Shown here in pieces: positions 20,958-30,676 of a stretch of 64,000 nt of DNA. Below the pieces are notes generated by a model, which saw only the letters and a list, made by a program, of their open reading frames with translations, was not told where the DNA came from and ran no database searches. This DNA comes from Candidatus Bathyarchaeota archaeon (lineage in GTDB: Archaea; Thermoproteota; Bathyarchaeia; 40CM-2-53-6). Positions within the stretch are counted from its first letter, which is position 1. Every line of letters begins with the position of its first letter. The stretch lies in contig CAWHWX010000005.1 in the NCBI GenBank assembly GCA_963833125.1, positions 4,478 through 68,477 of the forward strand, written 5' to 3'. The position numbers were made by a program, and so were the translations under genes.

Positions 20958-21443
20958 TTGCAGCAGGTCGTAAAGTGCCAGATATGCGGGCTAGTTCCCG
21001 CCAAGACTAACGACATTTTATGCGAAGCCTGCTCCGCTGGTGTTGATCGGTACTCAAAATTACTTCAAACTCAGCGGAAGAAGACAAATGAATTTATGCT
21101 AATGTCTGAACCCACAAAACCTCGTACTGGCCCTGTTAGCTCCATATTCAGTCGAGGCCCAAGTCTTAATCAATCGGGTGCCCAAGTTACGCAAGGGCTG
21201 CTACAGCCGATACAAGATCTGAAGCTCTCGGAGCTCGAGACAGAGCAGCTTCTCACAGAATCTCAACTGGTGCGGAAACAGAGGCGCAATACGACGCTGG
21301 TCGGTTGTCTCCTGTTAGGAATCGGGTTAGGAGCCCTCGTAGCCGCCATAGTCTTCGCCTCAACAATCCTGACATTCATCGGTCTTGGGTTGACCTTCTG
21401 GGGCTCACTGACGCTTCTTCGTTCAACCGAAGAATTACGTTAG
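20958..21443 (+). CDS. Zinc-ribbon membrane protein (hypothetical)
   Basis: N-terminal CxxC...CxxC (KCQICG...LCEACS). C-terminal TM hairpin LVGCLLLGIGLGALVAAIVFASTILTFIGLGLTFWG. The downstream ORF's frame stays open across the stop, so the two may be one gene. Confidence 0.5.
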   Translation: MQQVVKCQICGLVPAKTNDILCEACSAGVDRYSKLLQTQRKKTNEFMLMSEPTKPRTGPVSSIFSRGPSLNQSGAQVTQGLLQPIQDLKLSELETEQLLTESQLVRKQRRNTTLVGCLLLGIGLGALVAAIVFASTILTFIGLGLTFWGSLTLLRSTEELR

Positions 21444-21453
21444 GTCAGATCTG

Positions 21454-22038
21454 ATGAATGCCACGGCAATCTCCTCATTGAAGACGATCGATAAGATGAT
21501 GATGGGTATGGGTTACAGGGAGAAGGGGGTCTACATTCCATCACACGATTCCGACAAGGCGGTTGTGTTCGTTCCCTCGGAACCATTCTCCATGATCCCG
21601 CAATTGTCCAGCTTCGAAGACGACCGAACATTCCTCAGCAGCCCCGCGGGGCTCTTGGTTCCACCACCCGGACTCGCGCTCGCAGGTTTAATCGAGAAGA
21701 AACTAGGGTTCAAACTGAAGAACTGTGGGTTAGAAGCCCTAGTGGAAGCCATTCCCAAAGTGCTCGTAGAAGACCTAGAGATCGTCAAGGATGTGGAGAT
21801 TGAGGTCAGAGAAGATACCGTTCACTTCAAACTCCACGACTCAATTTACGCCGACTTTTGTGACGAAGTTCGCGACACTAGCCGACGGTGCGGGCTGGGT
21901 TGCCCAATGTGCAGCGCGCTTGCATCCATCCTCGCAATCGCAACAGGCAAACCTGTTCTCTATGAAGAAGATAAAACATCCAAGGACGCAAAAGTCACTG
22001 AATCAGTCTACCAAATAATCAACCGATCCCGACTCTAA
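21454..22038 (+). CDS. Hypothetical protein with a C-terminal Cys cluster (possibly V4R-like; tentative)
   Basis: 194-aa ORF ending in ..FCDEV..RRCGLGCPMCSALASILAIATGKPVLYEE... Similarity to 4-vinyl-reductase-type domains is only an impression. Confidence 0.45.
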   Translation: MNATAISSLKTIDKMMMGMGYREKGVYIPSHDSDKAVVFVPSEPFSMIPQLSSFEDDRTFLSSPAGLLVPPPGLALAGLIEKKLGFKLKNCGLEALVEAIPKVLVEDLEIVKDVEIEVREDTVHFKLHDSIYADFCDEVRDTSRRCGLGCPMCSALASILAIATGKPVLYEEDKTSKDAKVTESVYQIINRSRL

Positions 22039-22244
22039 GCGACAATTCCACGCATCCTTCTCAAAATTGGAAATTCGTTCAAGTCACCATCCACGGCCAA
22101 GTACAGGTACATCGAAGCTGCTGAGCGGCCTAACAGCCGCAACTAGCGGCCTACCTAAATTATTGACGAAGTGCTTCTTGAGAAGAAGAAAGGTCGAAGA
22201 AAGCGCTAGACGTTCGTACTGGGATTGTGTTGTCGGCGAGTAGT

Positions 22245-22865
22245 TCAGTGTCGCTTGGGAATAATTAGAAGGGATCCGGCGACTGCAAGTGCGCTCAACG
22301 TAAGTAGCAATGCTTCGACTGGAGATGTGGCATTTGGCTGGCTCGGGGTTGTGTTGACTGCTTGGCGAGTTAAGGGAGCTACTGGGGTTCCAGCTGGAGG
22401 TGCGCTTGTTCCGGGTTGCTGGCTTGTACTTGTCGTTGAGGGTGCGAATGCGAATGCGCCAATAGAAGTGTCGACGCTTGGAAACACACGGCCATTATCA
22501 TCCGCTAGACCGTTGGCTTTGATGTATATTGTGATTGTACCTGAAAGCGACGTAGGAGGCGTGAAAGAATACGTGTAGGTTCCGGCACTAGTCTGCTTGA
22601 GCGTTGCGGTGACTGTTTGGCAACTAGTGTTGCTGCTGCAGAGGTCAAGGGTTACTTTGTTTGTGGATAGGACGACTGGTGTTCCGTCAGCGTAGAGTAC
22701 GCTTATTGCTCCACTGAAAAGGCTGGGAGCAGCCAAAGCTGGTGCACCAGTGGTGCCCAGTATCGGTAACCCAAGGTTGCCATCGGCACTATTTGCGTAC
22801 ACTGAGCACGACTCCAAGAGCGAGGAACATTGTAACTAGAACTAATGCTAGCGAAGAGTTTTCAT
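22245..22865 (-). CDS. Ser/Thr-rich surface protein with C-terminal TM anchor (signal-peptide region disrupted by indels)
   Basis: Ig-like body, then a PSTTSTSQQPGTSAPPAGTP linker, then anchor LLTLSALAVAGSLLIIPKRH. An ATG at 22863-22865 followed by ..ALVLVTMFLALGVVLSV.. can only be read by switching frames twice. Confidence 0.6.
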
Positions 22866-22979
22866 TTACGATCACACAAAACCATAGACACCTCATATAT
22901 ATAGGTTAACCAGTCGGTTCTAGAGCACCTATTCTTAAGAAAAATCAAAAGTTCAAACGAGTCCGAAATCGACTCGTTC

Positions 22980-24975
22980 TCACCTCCCACCTAGCAACGT
23001 GAATATGTTGTGAGGGTCTAGCACTAGCGGAAAGAGAGTGCGAAACGCGGCGTTGAACAGCAACAGAGCCAAAACCGTAACAATCATGGCGTCTAAAGTT
23101 CGATATTTCGGTAACGCGACAACAAGAAACAGAGCCACGATCAACCCCGCGACTACAAGAATCAACCTAAGATTGGGATCCCAGATCACGAACAATCCCA
23201 CACCAATAGCGACGAATGGCGCCATGGAGAGGAGAGGTACGACTCTAGGCAGGATGCTTTTGGAGATTTGAGGAGTTATCGGTTGCTTTGCAATGCTGAG
23301 GCATTTCTCCATACCCAACGCGAGAAGGAACGGAAGTGGGGAGATGTATAGCATTCTCCAAATTCCGGTCGTACTCAGCGCTGGATTTGTTTGGTTGAGC
23401 CCCGATGGGGCTACAAGGATTGAGCCGACGCACCACACGGCGATCCATGCGATTAGGTAGTTTGCCATCATTCCGCGGCGTCGGGAAAGGGCGTACGCCC
23501 CCAGAAGGCTGAGTAGCAGAAGGGTTGGGGCAAGAGCGGGTCCTACAGTAACGAACATGTTTGCCAATGCGTCACCGAACGTCAGTAAACTAGCCGGATT
23601 AACAGGAGCGCTAATGTACAATTGAAGGGTGAGCGTAAAATCAGATCTGAGGCTTGGGGAGAGTGAGTACGCTGCTATTCCGATTGGAAGAGCAAGTACT
23701 AGTGAGGACACAAGCGTCCGAACGCAATGCTTACTCCAGAGGCTCTGCCTCGAAAGAATCGCTGTCAAGACTAAGGTTGTAACGAAGACACCCCAAGTCC
23801 ACGGGTGTACGAGCAGAATTATCAAGGATAAGATGGCTAGGATGATGTAAGTCGTGATTTTCGGTTCATTGTTTGCGAAGTAGATTGCTAGGAAGAGCAT
23901 CCAGAAGAGAAGTGCAACCCAATTAGCCTGGATCCCCACGTAAATTCCGAGAGTCGTTGGCAGCCAGAGCAGGGTGGAGATTGAGGTTAGGATTGCGAGT
24001 TGAAAGTTCCATCCCCCACGCATGGCCGCAAAGAAGACGGCAGTAGCAGTGCAGAATGCTAGAACGAGAGGGGCATACTTCACGAGTGAAATTGAGCTAA
24101 CTCCGGTGGCTGATTGAATGAGGTAGAGGAACATAACGTAGACTCCGTGACTGGCTGATGTGTTGAAGGCTTGGGACGGTGTGAGGCCGACGAGGGCGTT
24201 GAGCGGCTGTAATGTACCTCCAAAAGTCATCCTCACCCACGACCCAAGTTTGTCCCGCAAGGTATGCGTAGAAGAAGATGATGATCGATACGATGGCGAA
24301 GAGATCCAACGCTGCCACAATCATTCTGAGGCTCGGCTTTTGCGGAGACGGCTGATATCGAACCACTAGGTGACTTCTGAACTTGGGGAGGCGTGGGATG
24401 AGTGGAATCCACAACCATGAGAACAACAGCAACAGCACAATCGGGATAGCGAGCGGGTAGAGGAAAAAGGTCAGGTTGGTTTCAAGCTGCGAGGAGAGGA
24501 TCCCAACTCTCGCCTGAGGATTGACGGCCGCCGCTACCCAGTAGAAGAGGGACGCCCATTCCACCAAAACAAAAATGGAGAGCGCAGATGGGAGGATCTC
24601 TGTAATCACGACTCTACGAGACTCGGATCCTAGGACGTTCAAAGCAGCCGCACAGATCACAACGGCATAAAGGATTGGAACCCCCAGGGGATGGCTAAGG
24701 ATTGCCAAAGCAATTGATACCCCCCAGAGCACGAGAATCCCTATTGAAACAGAGGTTGAGAATCTCTTCCAATCAACCGCAAATGTCCAAGGAACACTCA
24801 CGCTTGAAATCAGAAACAGGAAGAAATCATATGGATTGGAAATTAGAATCGTCTGGGTTGTTCGCGGATAGAGGAGATAGTAGGGTATCTGCAGTTGGTT
24901 GAGTAGAACAAGTAGTCCTATTCCAAGGCTAATCCCAGCAGCCCAATGGCACAACTTGCCTCGAAGATCGTTCAT
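22980..24975 (-). CDS. Very large polytopic membrane protein (~660 aa, >=14 TM), GT-C/polymerase-like candidate (frameshift in an A4/T4 run at 24222-24225)
   Basis: ORFs 24097-24993 and 22980-24320 overlap and join as ..VVGEDDF|GGTLQPLNALVGL... Probable start is MNDLRGKLCHW (ATG 24973-24975). Confidence 0.75.
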
Positions 24976-25020
24976 GTGTACCCTCGGCCCCAAGTTCGCT
25001 TAAAGCGTTTGCACGGAGTA
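24878..25020. repeat. Copy A of an imperfect ~140-bp direct repeat (promoter plus first ~32 codons of the membrane-protein gene)
   Basis: tagtagggtatctgcagttggtt...caagttcgcttaaagcgtttgcac aligns with 25799-25940 by eye at roughly three-quarters identity. Confidence 0.8.
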
Positions 25021-25055
25021 CTCTCAAGTTGTGAGGAAGGTTATGGAGTAGTGTC

Positions 25056-25448
25056 CTAGTAGTGTTCGAGACGAAGGTCAGGTATTCCTGCGAAATGCTT
25101 GCTGTTTCGAGTCAAGAGCGGTTCATTGTTCTGTACGGCGATGCCGGCAATCATGGCATCCTCTGGATCAATCTTGGTTCCTTCTCTGCTTCGTTGGGCG
25201 TAGATCGCTCCACCTTTCGACGCAGATGCCGCATCAAGTGACAAGTGGGGTAGGGACTTGAGAACACTGAGAACCTTCTCCTTCTCCTCGCCCGCCTTTA
25301 CGCTCAACCCCACGCCAACATACAGCTCGAAAATGGTGGGCGTTCCCACTAGAAGAGAGATTGAAGCGTCTGATAGATCCTTAGCCTTTTGAACCGCACC
25401 TGCATCCTGCTTCATGATGTCTATGATGAAAGTGGTGTCAACCAGCAA
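25056..25448 (-). CDS. vapC: PIN-domain ribonuclease toxin VapC
   Basis: MLVDTTFIIDIM (first acidic residue), ..IFELY.., ..DAMIAGIAV..N.PLLTRNSKHF.. are typical PIN/VapC motifs. 130 aa. Start is 2 bp after the vapB stop. Confidence 0.9.
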   Translation of the reverse strand: MLVDTTFIIDIMKQDAGAVQKAKDLSDASISLLVGTPTIFELYVGVGLSVKAGEEKEKVLSVLKSLPHLSLDAASASKGGAIYAQRSREGTKIDPEDAMIAGIAVQNNEPLLTRNSKHFAGIPDLRLEHY

Positions 25449-25450
25449 CT

Positions 25451-25684
25451 CTACTCTAGGACTCCTGCTGTCTGACCGATTCGCAGCGAACTTCGCTTCC
25501 TGATTTCCTTCACGCGTCGCTCGACAGTAGCGACTTCTCTCCTGGATATTACTCCGGCGAGCTCAAGAACGGAGCTTTTCCGCGTCATTCGTTCGATCAC
25601 GTCCGTGAAACTTTCACCCGACTTCTTCAACGCCTTGAGCATTTGATACGCCTCATCTGAAATGGCAATGTTCTTAGTGCCCAT
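25451..25684 (-). CDS. vapB: VapB-type antitoxin (archaeal 'putative antitoxin' family)
   Basis: MGTKNIAISDEAYQMLKALKKSGESFTDVIERM matches the archaeal small antitoxin consensus (TITISDEAYxxLKxLK..ESFSDVI). Immediately upstream of vapC. Confidence 0.85.
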   Translation of the reverse strand: MGTKNIAISDEAYQMLKALKKSGESFTDVIERMTRKSSVLELAGVISRREVATVERRVKEIRKRSSLRIGQTAGVLE

Positions 25685-25692
25685 TTGATTTC

Positions 25693-25710
25693 TGTGTGTG
25701 TATGTGTGTG
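25693..25710. repeat. (TG)n / (CA)n dinucleotide tract directly upstream of vapB
   Basis: tgtgtgtgtatgtgtgtg, 9 bp from the vapB ATG. Confidence 0.9.
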
Positions 25711-25797
25711 CCTCAATTTATCCATTTTGAAAGCAAATTCAATAGCCTTGCGGTCCGCGGTACTCGACCGTCGCCGTAGAGTTTGAAGTGATTGTTA

Positions 25798-25896
25798 CTA
25801 GTAGGGTATCTGCGGCTGGTTGATGAGGACAAGTAGACCGATTCCGAGGCTAATCCCTGTAATCCAGTGGCATGACTGAGCTCGAAGGTCATTCAT
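25798..25896 (-). pseudogene. Truncated duplicate of the 5' end of the 22980-24975 membrane-protein gene (32 codons then stop)
   Basis: It translates to MNDLRAQSCHWITGISLGIGLLVLINQPQIPY*. The parent gene reads MNDLRGKLCHWAAGISLGIGLLVLLNQLQIPYY... Confidence 0.7.
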
Positions 25897-25940
25897 ACCC
25901 AAAGGTCGCCCGCAAGTTCGTTTAAGCGTTTACATGAACC
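25799..25940. repeat. Copy B of the ~140-bp direct repeat flanking the VapBC cassette
   Basis: See copy A. It includes the same AAACGCTT(T)AA(G/A)CGAACTTG element ~30 nt upstream of the ATG (candidate TATA/BRE). Confidence 0.8.
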
Positions 25941-26313
25941 TCAGAAGTTCTGTAAAGTCTTCATCGGTTAGCTACCTTCACTTTCACTGTTAACTTTCGT
26001 CGGGTGAGTTGCGGCGTAGTTCTTTTGCGGGACGTTTTGGCAGAGTTTCTGCTTTGATTTGGGATATAAGTAACGGCATATCACACCGTTCATGTAAGGA
26101 AGCGCTAACTCGATTTGGGGAACGTCTACACGATAAGTGTGTTTGACCTTGTTCGACATACTACCAGTAAGCCTCCTTGTTCTGGGAATGATACTGTTAG
26201 TCGCTCCAGCCATTGGGTTATGCCTAGAAGCGTTTCGTGAGCACCCCTGATTTACCCGCATTCCGTATTAGCGTAAGCCACTTGAAAACCGTCGGACGAC
26301 GGGTGGGGCTAAC

Positions 26314-27737
26314 TCAAGAGGACTGCGATCGGTACACGACCACCACGGTGGAGGCTATTGAAGGGAACGTTAGCAGCAGTGATCTATTGTCCGGAGATGC
26401 CTGCGATACAACCGTGGGACCGGCGTTTGTCTGAATGTTCTCAACAGAATACCCCTCAGGTATCGAAATCAGTACCTGACCTGGCTCGTTCGAGCTGAGA
26501 GTCTGCGAGTAGATCAAGGACCCATTGTTCAGGTTGTAGGTGGAGGTTTGTGTGATCGGGTTGGTTAGGTCGCGGATGAACGGCCTCACCAGATTCTGTA
26601 CGAGAACGGTGCGTGCGCTCCCGTTGTCGTTGAATAGGTCCATCGTGAAGCCTCCTCGAGCGTAATCCCACCACGCTGAACTGATTGAGTACTTGTCGAA
26701 GATGGTTAGGCTGTCGTTGATATATTGCGCCACGCCTGGAGCGTCAGCATACATTCCCCATTCACCAATGAAGACCGGCACATTCCACTCGTTTGAGAAG
26801 CTAATGATTTTCTGCATATCGACGAAAAGGGATGTGGGGTTGTAGGATGTCAGTGAGTCCTGGGGGTAGTGAGGCGCGTAGATTACATCGGGTAGCTGAA
26901 TTGGCACGTCGTTTTCCCAAAGACAAATGTGATTTTGATCAACAGTTCGAATCGCTTCAGTCACGTTGACGAAAAAGGATGTTGGTGCTATTGAAGGTGG
27001 TTCGTTGAGCACGTCGTATGCGGCAATTGCCGACTCGTTACTGTATCTTGACGCCACGTGCTCCCAGGCCGCATAGAATCGCGTAAGCATGGACGGGTTG
27101 GAGGGTGAGGGGGTTGTTCCGTTCGGTCCTAGTCCTGAGAAGAAGTCGTTTAGAAATGCGTTTTGGCCGTCCTCGCTGTTCGGATAGCTCGCCACATCCA
27201 GTTCGGTATCCCTGCGCTGAAACTTCCGTTGCAGTATGCAAAGTGCGAGGACCAACATGTCTGATGCATATCCAATACGATGTATATGCCGTACTCCTTC
27301 GCCCACGAGATATCTTGGTCCACGAGGGTTTGCAGATAGGTATCGTTATACTGTCCAGGTTGCGGTTCCAAGTTTTCCCATGAGATCGGTAGCCGAACAA
27401 CATTGAATCCCCAAGAAGCGATCGTCGCGTAGTCTGACTGATAATGGGGATGGATGCTTAGGATGGGGGGGACGTATTCGTAGCCGGTCAAGTCGACGCC
27501 TCGGAGCACGACGATATTCCCGTACTGGTCCACTATCTCCGTCCCATTTGTTCTCAACATCGACAATCCAGTTTGTCCGATCAGGGTGTGAGGAGTGTCT
27601 GTTGAAGACTCAATTTGGCTGGATGTCCCATTCGTGCTTATCGGGGAATGGTTCGTCCCAAACGTCAAAGCAACTACCGTGATGGCCACAAGGATTATTG
27701 TGGCAATGCTGGTTTTGTGAGATTTCCACACGGTCAA
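26314..27737 (-). CDS. Membrane-anchored glycoside hydrolase family 5 (endoglucanase-like) with C-terminal beta-rich domain (frameshift ~27185-27200)
   Basis: Signal anchor IATIILVAITVVALTF. GH5 motifs VVLRGVDL, GFNVVRLPISWENLEP, IVLDMHQ, acid/base YDVLNEPP and nucleophile VFIGEWG. Confidence 0.85.
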
Positions 27738-27756
27738 AGCGTCAGACCCTGGCTAC

Positions 27757-28503
27757 TTGGTTCAATATAATATACCGCACACAGATATTGCCAACGCACT
27801 ATCTGAGGGACGACGGGCCATGGATGATTTGGATGCTTTGAGGAAAGTGGCTTGGAACGTGTCTGGCGACATAGCAACCAACCTGTTCTTCCGCCCCCTG
27901 TCAATAAGGATAACACGACGGCTATCTCGGACTGCTGTAACACCAACGCAAGTCACAGAGTTACTTTTTACCCTTAGAATGATTGCGGCCGCCCTCTTTC
28001 TACTCCACATATACTTGGTCTCCATTCTTGCGGCGATCCTACTCTACTTCGCTCAAGTCCTCGATTGTGTGGACGGCGAACTCTCACGAGTCAACAAACT
28101 CTCAAGTGAAAAGGGCGGCTTACTCGACTACTTCCTAGACCGATTCGGCGACTTCGTCCTATACCTCGCCATAGCCGTTGGACTGTACCTTGCGAGCGGA
28201 AGAGTTGTGGCGATTGTGTTAGGGTTGTTCGTTATCGCATCAAACTCCCTAATGACCGATATGTGGCAGAAGGTGAGTAAAGTGAAGCGCAGTGCGGAAC
28301 CTGAGTATGAGTACAAGAAGTCGACCAAGTCGTCCTGGAAGAGTTACCTGACATACGGAGGACCAACCAGCGTTATGATTCTCCTCGTAACCTCTGTTCT
28401 CAACCAGATCTTTCTAGGCATGTTGATCATCGGCGCATGCTGTTTCCTATATACCGTCGCAATTTTCTTTGACACATACCTTGCTCTTCGCAGCGAGAAG
28501 TAA
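27757..28503 (+). CDS. CDP-alcohol phosphatidyltransferase family protein
   Basis: Signature D-x2-DG-x2-(A/S)R-x8-G-x3-D-x3-D, present as DCVDGELSRVNKLSSEKGGLLDYFLDRFGD. Six hydrophobic helices. Confidence 0.85.
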   Translation: MVQYNIPHTDIANALSEGRRAMDDLDALRKVAWNVSGDIATNLFFRPLSIRITRRLSRTAVTPTQVTELLFTLRMIAAALFLLHIYLVSILAAILLYFAQVLDCVDGELSRVNKLSSEKGGLLDYFLDRFGDFVLYLAIAVGLYLASGRVVAIVLGLFVIASNSLMTDMWQKVSKVKRSAEPEYEYKKSTKSSWKSYLTYGGPTSVMILLVTSVLNQIFLGMLIIGACCFLYTVAIFFDTYLALRSEK

Positions 28504-28579
28504 AGAATCCACGGCTAAACCCTAAAGAACCAAATGTTTGCTTCCACGTGAACCCAAATAATTGCAGGTCGTGTCGAGG

Positions 28580-29443
28580 TCATGCTTCAATGTTCTTTAC
28601 ATTACGCCAGGTTGGCAGAAGCGCGTTGGCATCACTGAGGAATTCATGTTCGGGTCTCCACCCCAAGTCCTCGTGAGCAAGAGTGTTATCCAGAACAGCT
28701 CTATGATTCCTATGCAAAGAATCCTCGACAACTTCTCTCCCGAACAAATCTACCACCTGTTTGCAGGTCACGGCTTTTCCCGATGAGATGTTGAAAACGC
28801 CAAAGTCTAATGGGCTATTAGCTGAAATGATCATCGCCCGGACGACGTCATCGACATGGACGTAGTCGAAGAGGTCGCGGAAGGCGTGATGCAAATGCAC
28901 CGGTTCAGATTCCGCAAACGCTAGATCGGCCAACAATCCTCTTCTCCGACGCAGTGTTCGACTGTAGACCCACGGTATTCTAAGAACGATTGCTCTAAGG
29001 GATGATTTCCTATTGAATAGTCGGATGTAGTTTTCGACTGCAAGCTTTGACACGCCATAGAACTCTGCTGGTTCAATTTTCGCCGATTCGGATAAAACGG
29101 TTCCCTCCTGTTTGGGTATCGCGTAAACGTGAATGGTTGAGGGAAAAATGAGCTTTACACCGTGTTTCACACAGCTCTCGATAACGTTCAAACTACCAAT
29201 AACATTCACTTCACAATCCATACCGGGCTCAGACTGGGCAGCCCAGATGAATGCGTTGGCGGCCAGATGAAATACGGCGTCCTTGTCTTTGATGTGAGAG
29301 TCAACAAGTTGTTTGTCTAGCACACCTCCACTGCGGCTATCTCGACTTATTCCTTCGACCTCACATCCATCCGCCGTCAATTTTTCGAATAGGTGACGCC
29401 CAATCAATCCAGTATGGCCAGTCACCAGAATTTTCTTCACCAT
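28580..29443 (-). CDS. NAD-dependent epimerase/dehydratase (short extended-SDR)
   Basis: KILVTGHTGLIGRHL Rossmann motif. Catalytic YGVSK (YxxxK). Confidence 0.85.
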   Translation of the reverse strand: MVKKILVTGHTGLIGRHLFEKLTADGCEVEGISRDSRSGGVLDKQLVDSHIKDKDAVFHLAANAFIWAAQSEPGMDCEVNVIGSLNVIESCVKHGVKLIFPSTIHVYAIPKQEGTVLSESAKIEPAEFYGVSKLAVENYIRLFNRKSSLRAIVLRIPWVYSRTLRRRRGLLADLAFAESEPVHLHHAFRDLFDYVHVDDVVRAMIISANSPLDFGVFNISSGKAVTCKQVVDLFGREVVEDSLHRNHRAVLDNTLAHEDLGWRPEHEFLSDANALLPTWRNVKNIEA

Positions 29444-29494
29444 ACTCTACCGTCCTCGATGGGTTATCTGTCCTGGCTAAACAGTCGGGGCGAA

Positions 29495-30661
29495 CTATAG
29501 GGTAAGATCTTCGTACACCTCACGATATAACGACGCTGTTATCGTTGAATCGAACTTCTTTGCCTTCAAGGCTAAGCTATGGCCCAATCCTAAGCGATCC
29601 TCCTCGGAATTCATTAGGGAAATTAATTTTGAGGCGTAATCTTGCTCGTTAGTTGCAAGCAGCTTTGAGTGTTCGCTCCCTAGCATCTCTCTAGAGAATG
29701 GTCTGTCGAACGCGATCACTGGCTTACCCATTGCCATACCTTCCATCATAAGCAACGGGCAGGCCTCGTACAGGCTAGGAAAACAGATGATGTCACACGT
29801 GTTCATGTTCTCGAGAAGAGTCTCGCGTGTGACATGCCCCCGAAACTTAACTACCTCACTCAGCTTATGCTGCGTAACATAGTTCTTCAAGCCACCTTCA
29901 AGAGGTCCGCGACCGAAGATTTGTAATTCGAAATCAGCCGCACCGTTACCACTCGTCATCGAGGACAGGATTCTCAGTAGATGCGAGATGCCTTTTCGGT
30001 AGTATAGTCTTCCTGCAAAAAATAATCGTATTTTCTTACCCGCACCGATTCTCCTACTGTTTTTGAACTTCTCGAAATCTGTCAGGTTGATGCAGTTGTG
30101 AATAACCTTGAACGTACCCGTCTCCAACCCATACGTACGGCAGAGTTCCTCTCGAAGGCTGTTGGCAACTGCGATTGGTTGGTCGGCCGCCTTCGGAATG
30201 ACTCTGTCCATCATGTCCCAAAGGGGAAAACCGGGTACGTAGCTTACGTAGTCCAGCATAGATGCGCCTCGATGGGCGATCGCATTCAACTCTGAGAGAG
30301 GGTTGGTATGAAACGTGACTACCCAAGGAGTCTTCATGCCGCTTCTCTTGCATAGATTAAGGATCGGAAAGGAAACGCAATCTTGCCCATGGATCACGTC
30401 ACAGGTTGCGAGCTCCTTCTTGATCGAGTCCATGCTCCGAATCTGAAACCAGAGGTGCCGGGGAAGCAGAGGTTCGCGGGGAAAACGAACCACCTCCATC
30501 CCAGAAGTCATGGTTCGCGTTGGAAACCGTTCTGGCGATCCAGTAACGATCACAACGTCAGTGCCCTGTTTCGATAAGGCGGTTGCCAGATTCTGAAGGA
30601 ACGTTCCTGTCCCTCCAAAGATAGTTGGAGGAAATTCCACGGTTAGGATGGCGACGCGCAT
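29495..30661 (-). CDS. Glycosyltransferase family 4
   Basis: MRVAILTVEFPPTIFGGTGTF start. C-terminal motif YEACPLLMMEGMAMGKPVIAF. Confidence 0.85.
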   Translation of the reverse strand: MRVAILTVEFPPTIFGGTGTFLQNLATALSKQGTDVVIVTGSPERFPTRTMTSGMEVVRFPREPLLPRHLWFQIRSMDSIKKELATCDVIHGQDCVSFPILNLCKRSGMKTPWVVTFHTNPLSELNAIAHRGASMLDYVSYVPGFPLWDMMDRVIPKAADQPIAVANSLREELCRTYGLETGTFKVIHNCINLTDFEKFKNSRRIGAGKKIRLFFAGRLYYRKGISHLLRILSSMTSGNGAADFELQIFGRGPLEGGLKNYVTQHKLSEVVKFRGHVTRETLLENMNTCDIICFPSLYEACPLLMMEGMAMGKPVIAFDRPFSREMLGSEHSKLLATNEQDYASKLISLMNSEEDRLGLGHSLALKAKKFDSTITASLYREVYEDLTL

Positions 30662-30676
30662 TGTGGAATTCCTAGC

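Noticed and set aside
25968-26261. 97-aa minus-strand ORF upstream of the distal repeat copy
   Set aside because: No recognisable motif, and it is Arg/Asn/Ser-rich at the N-terminus. It may contain a real smaller gene (from MSNKVKHTYRVDV..), but I cannot support it from sequence alone.
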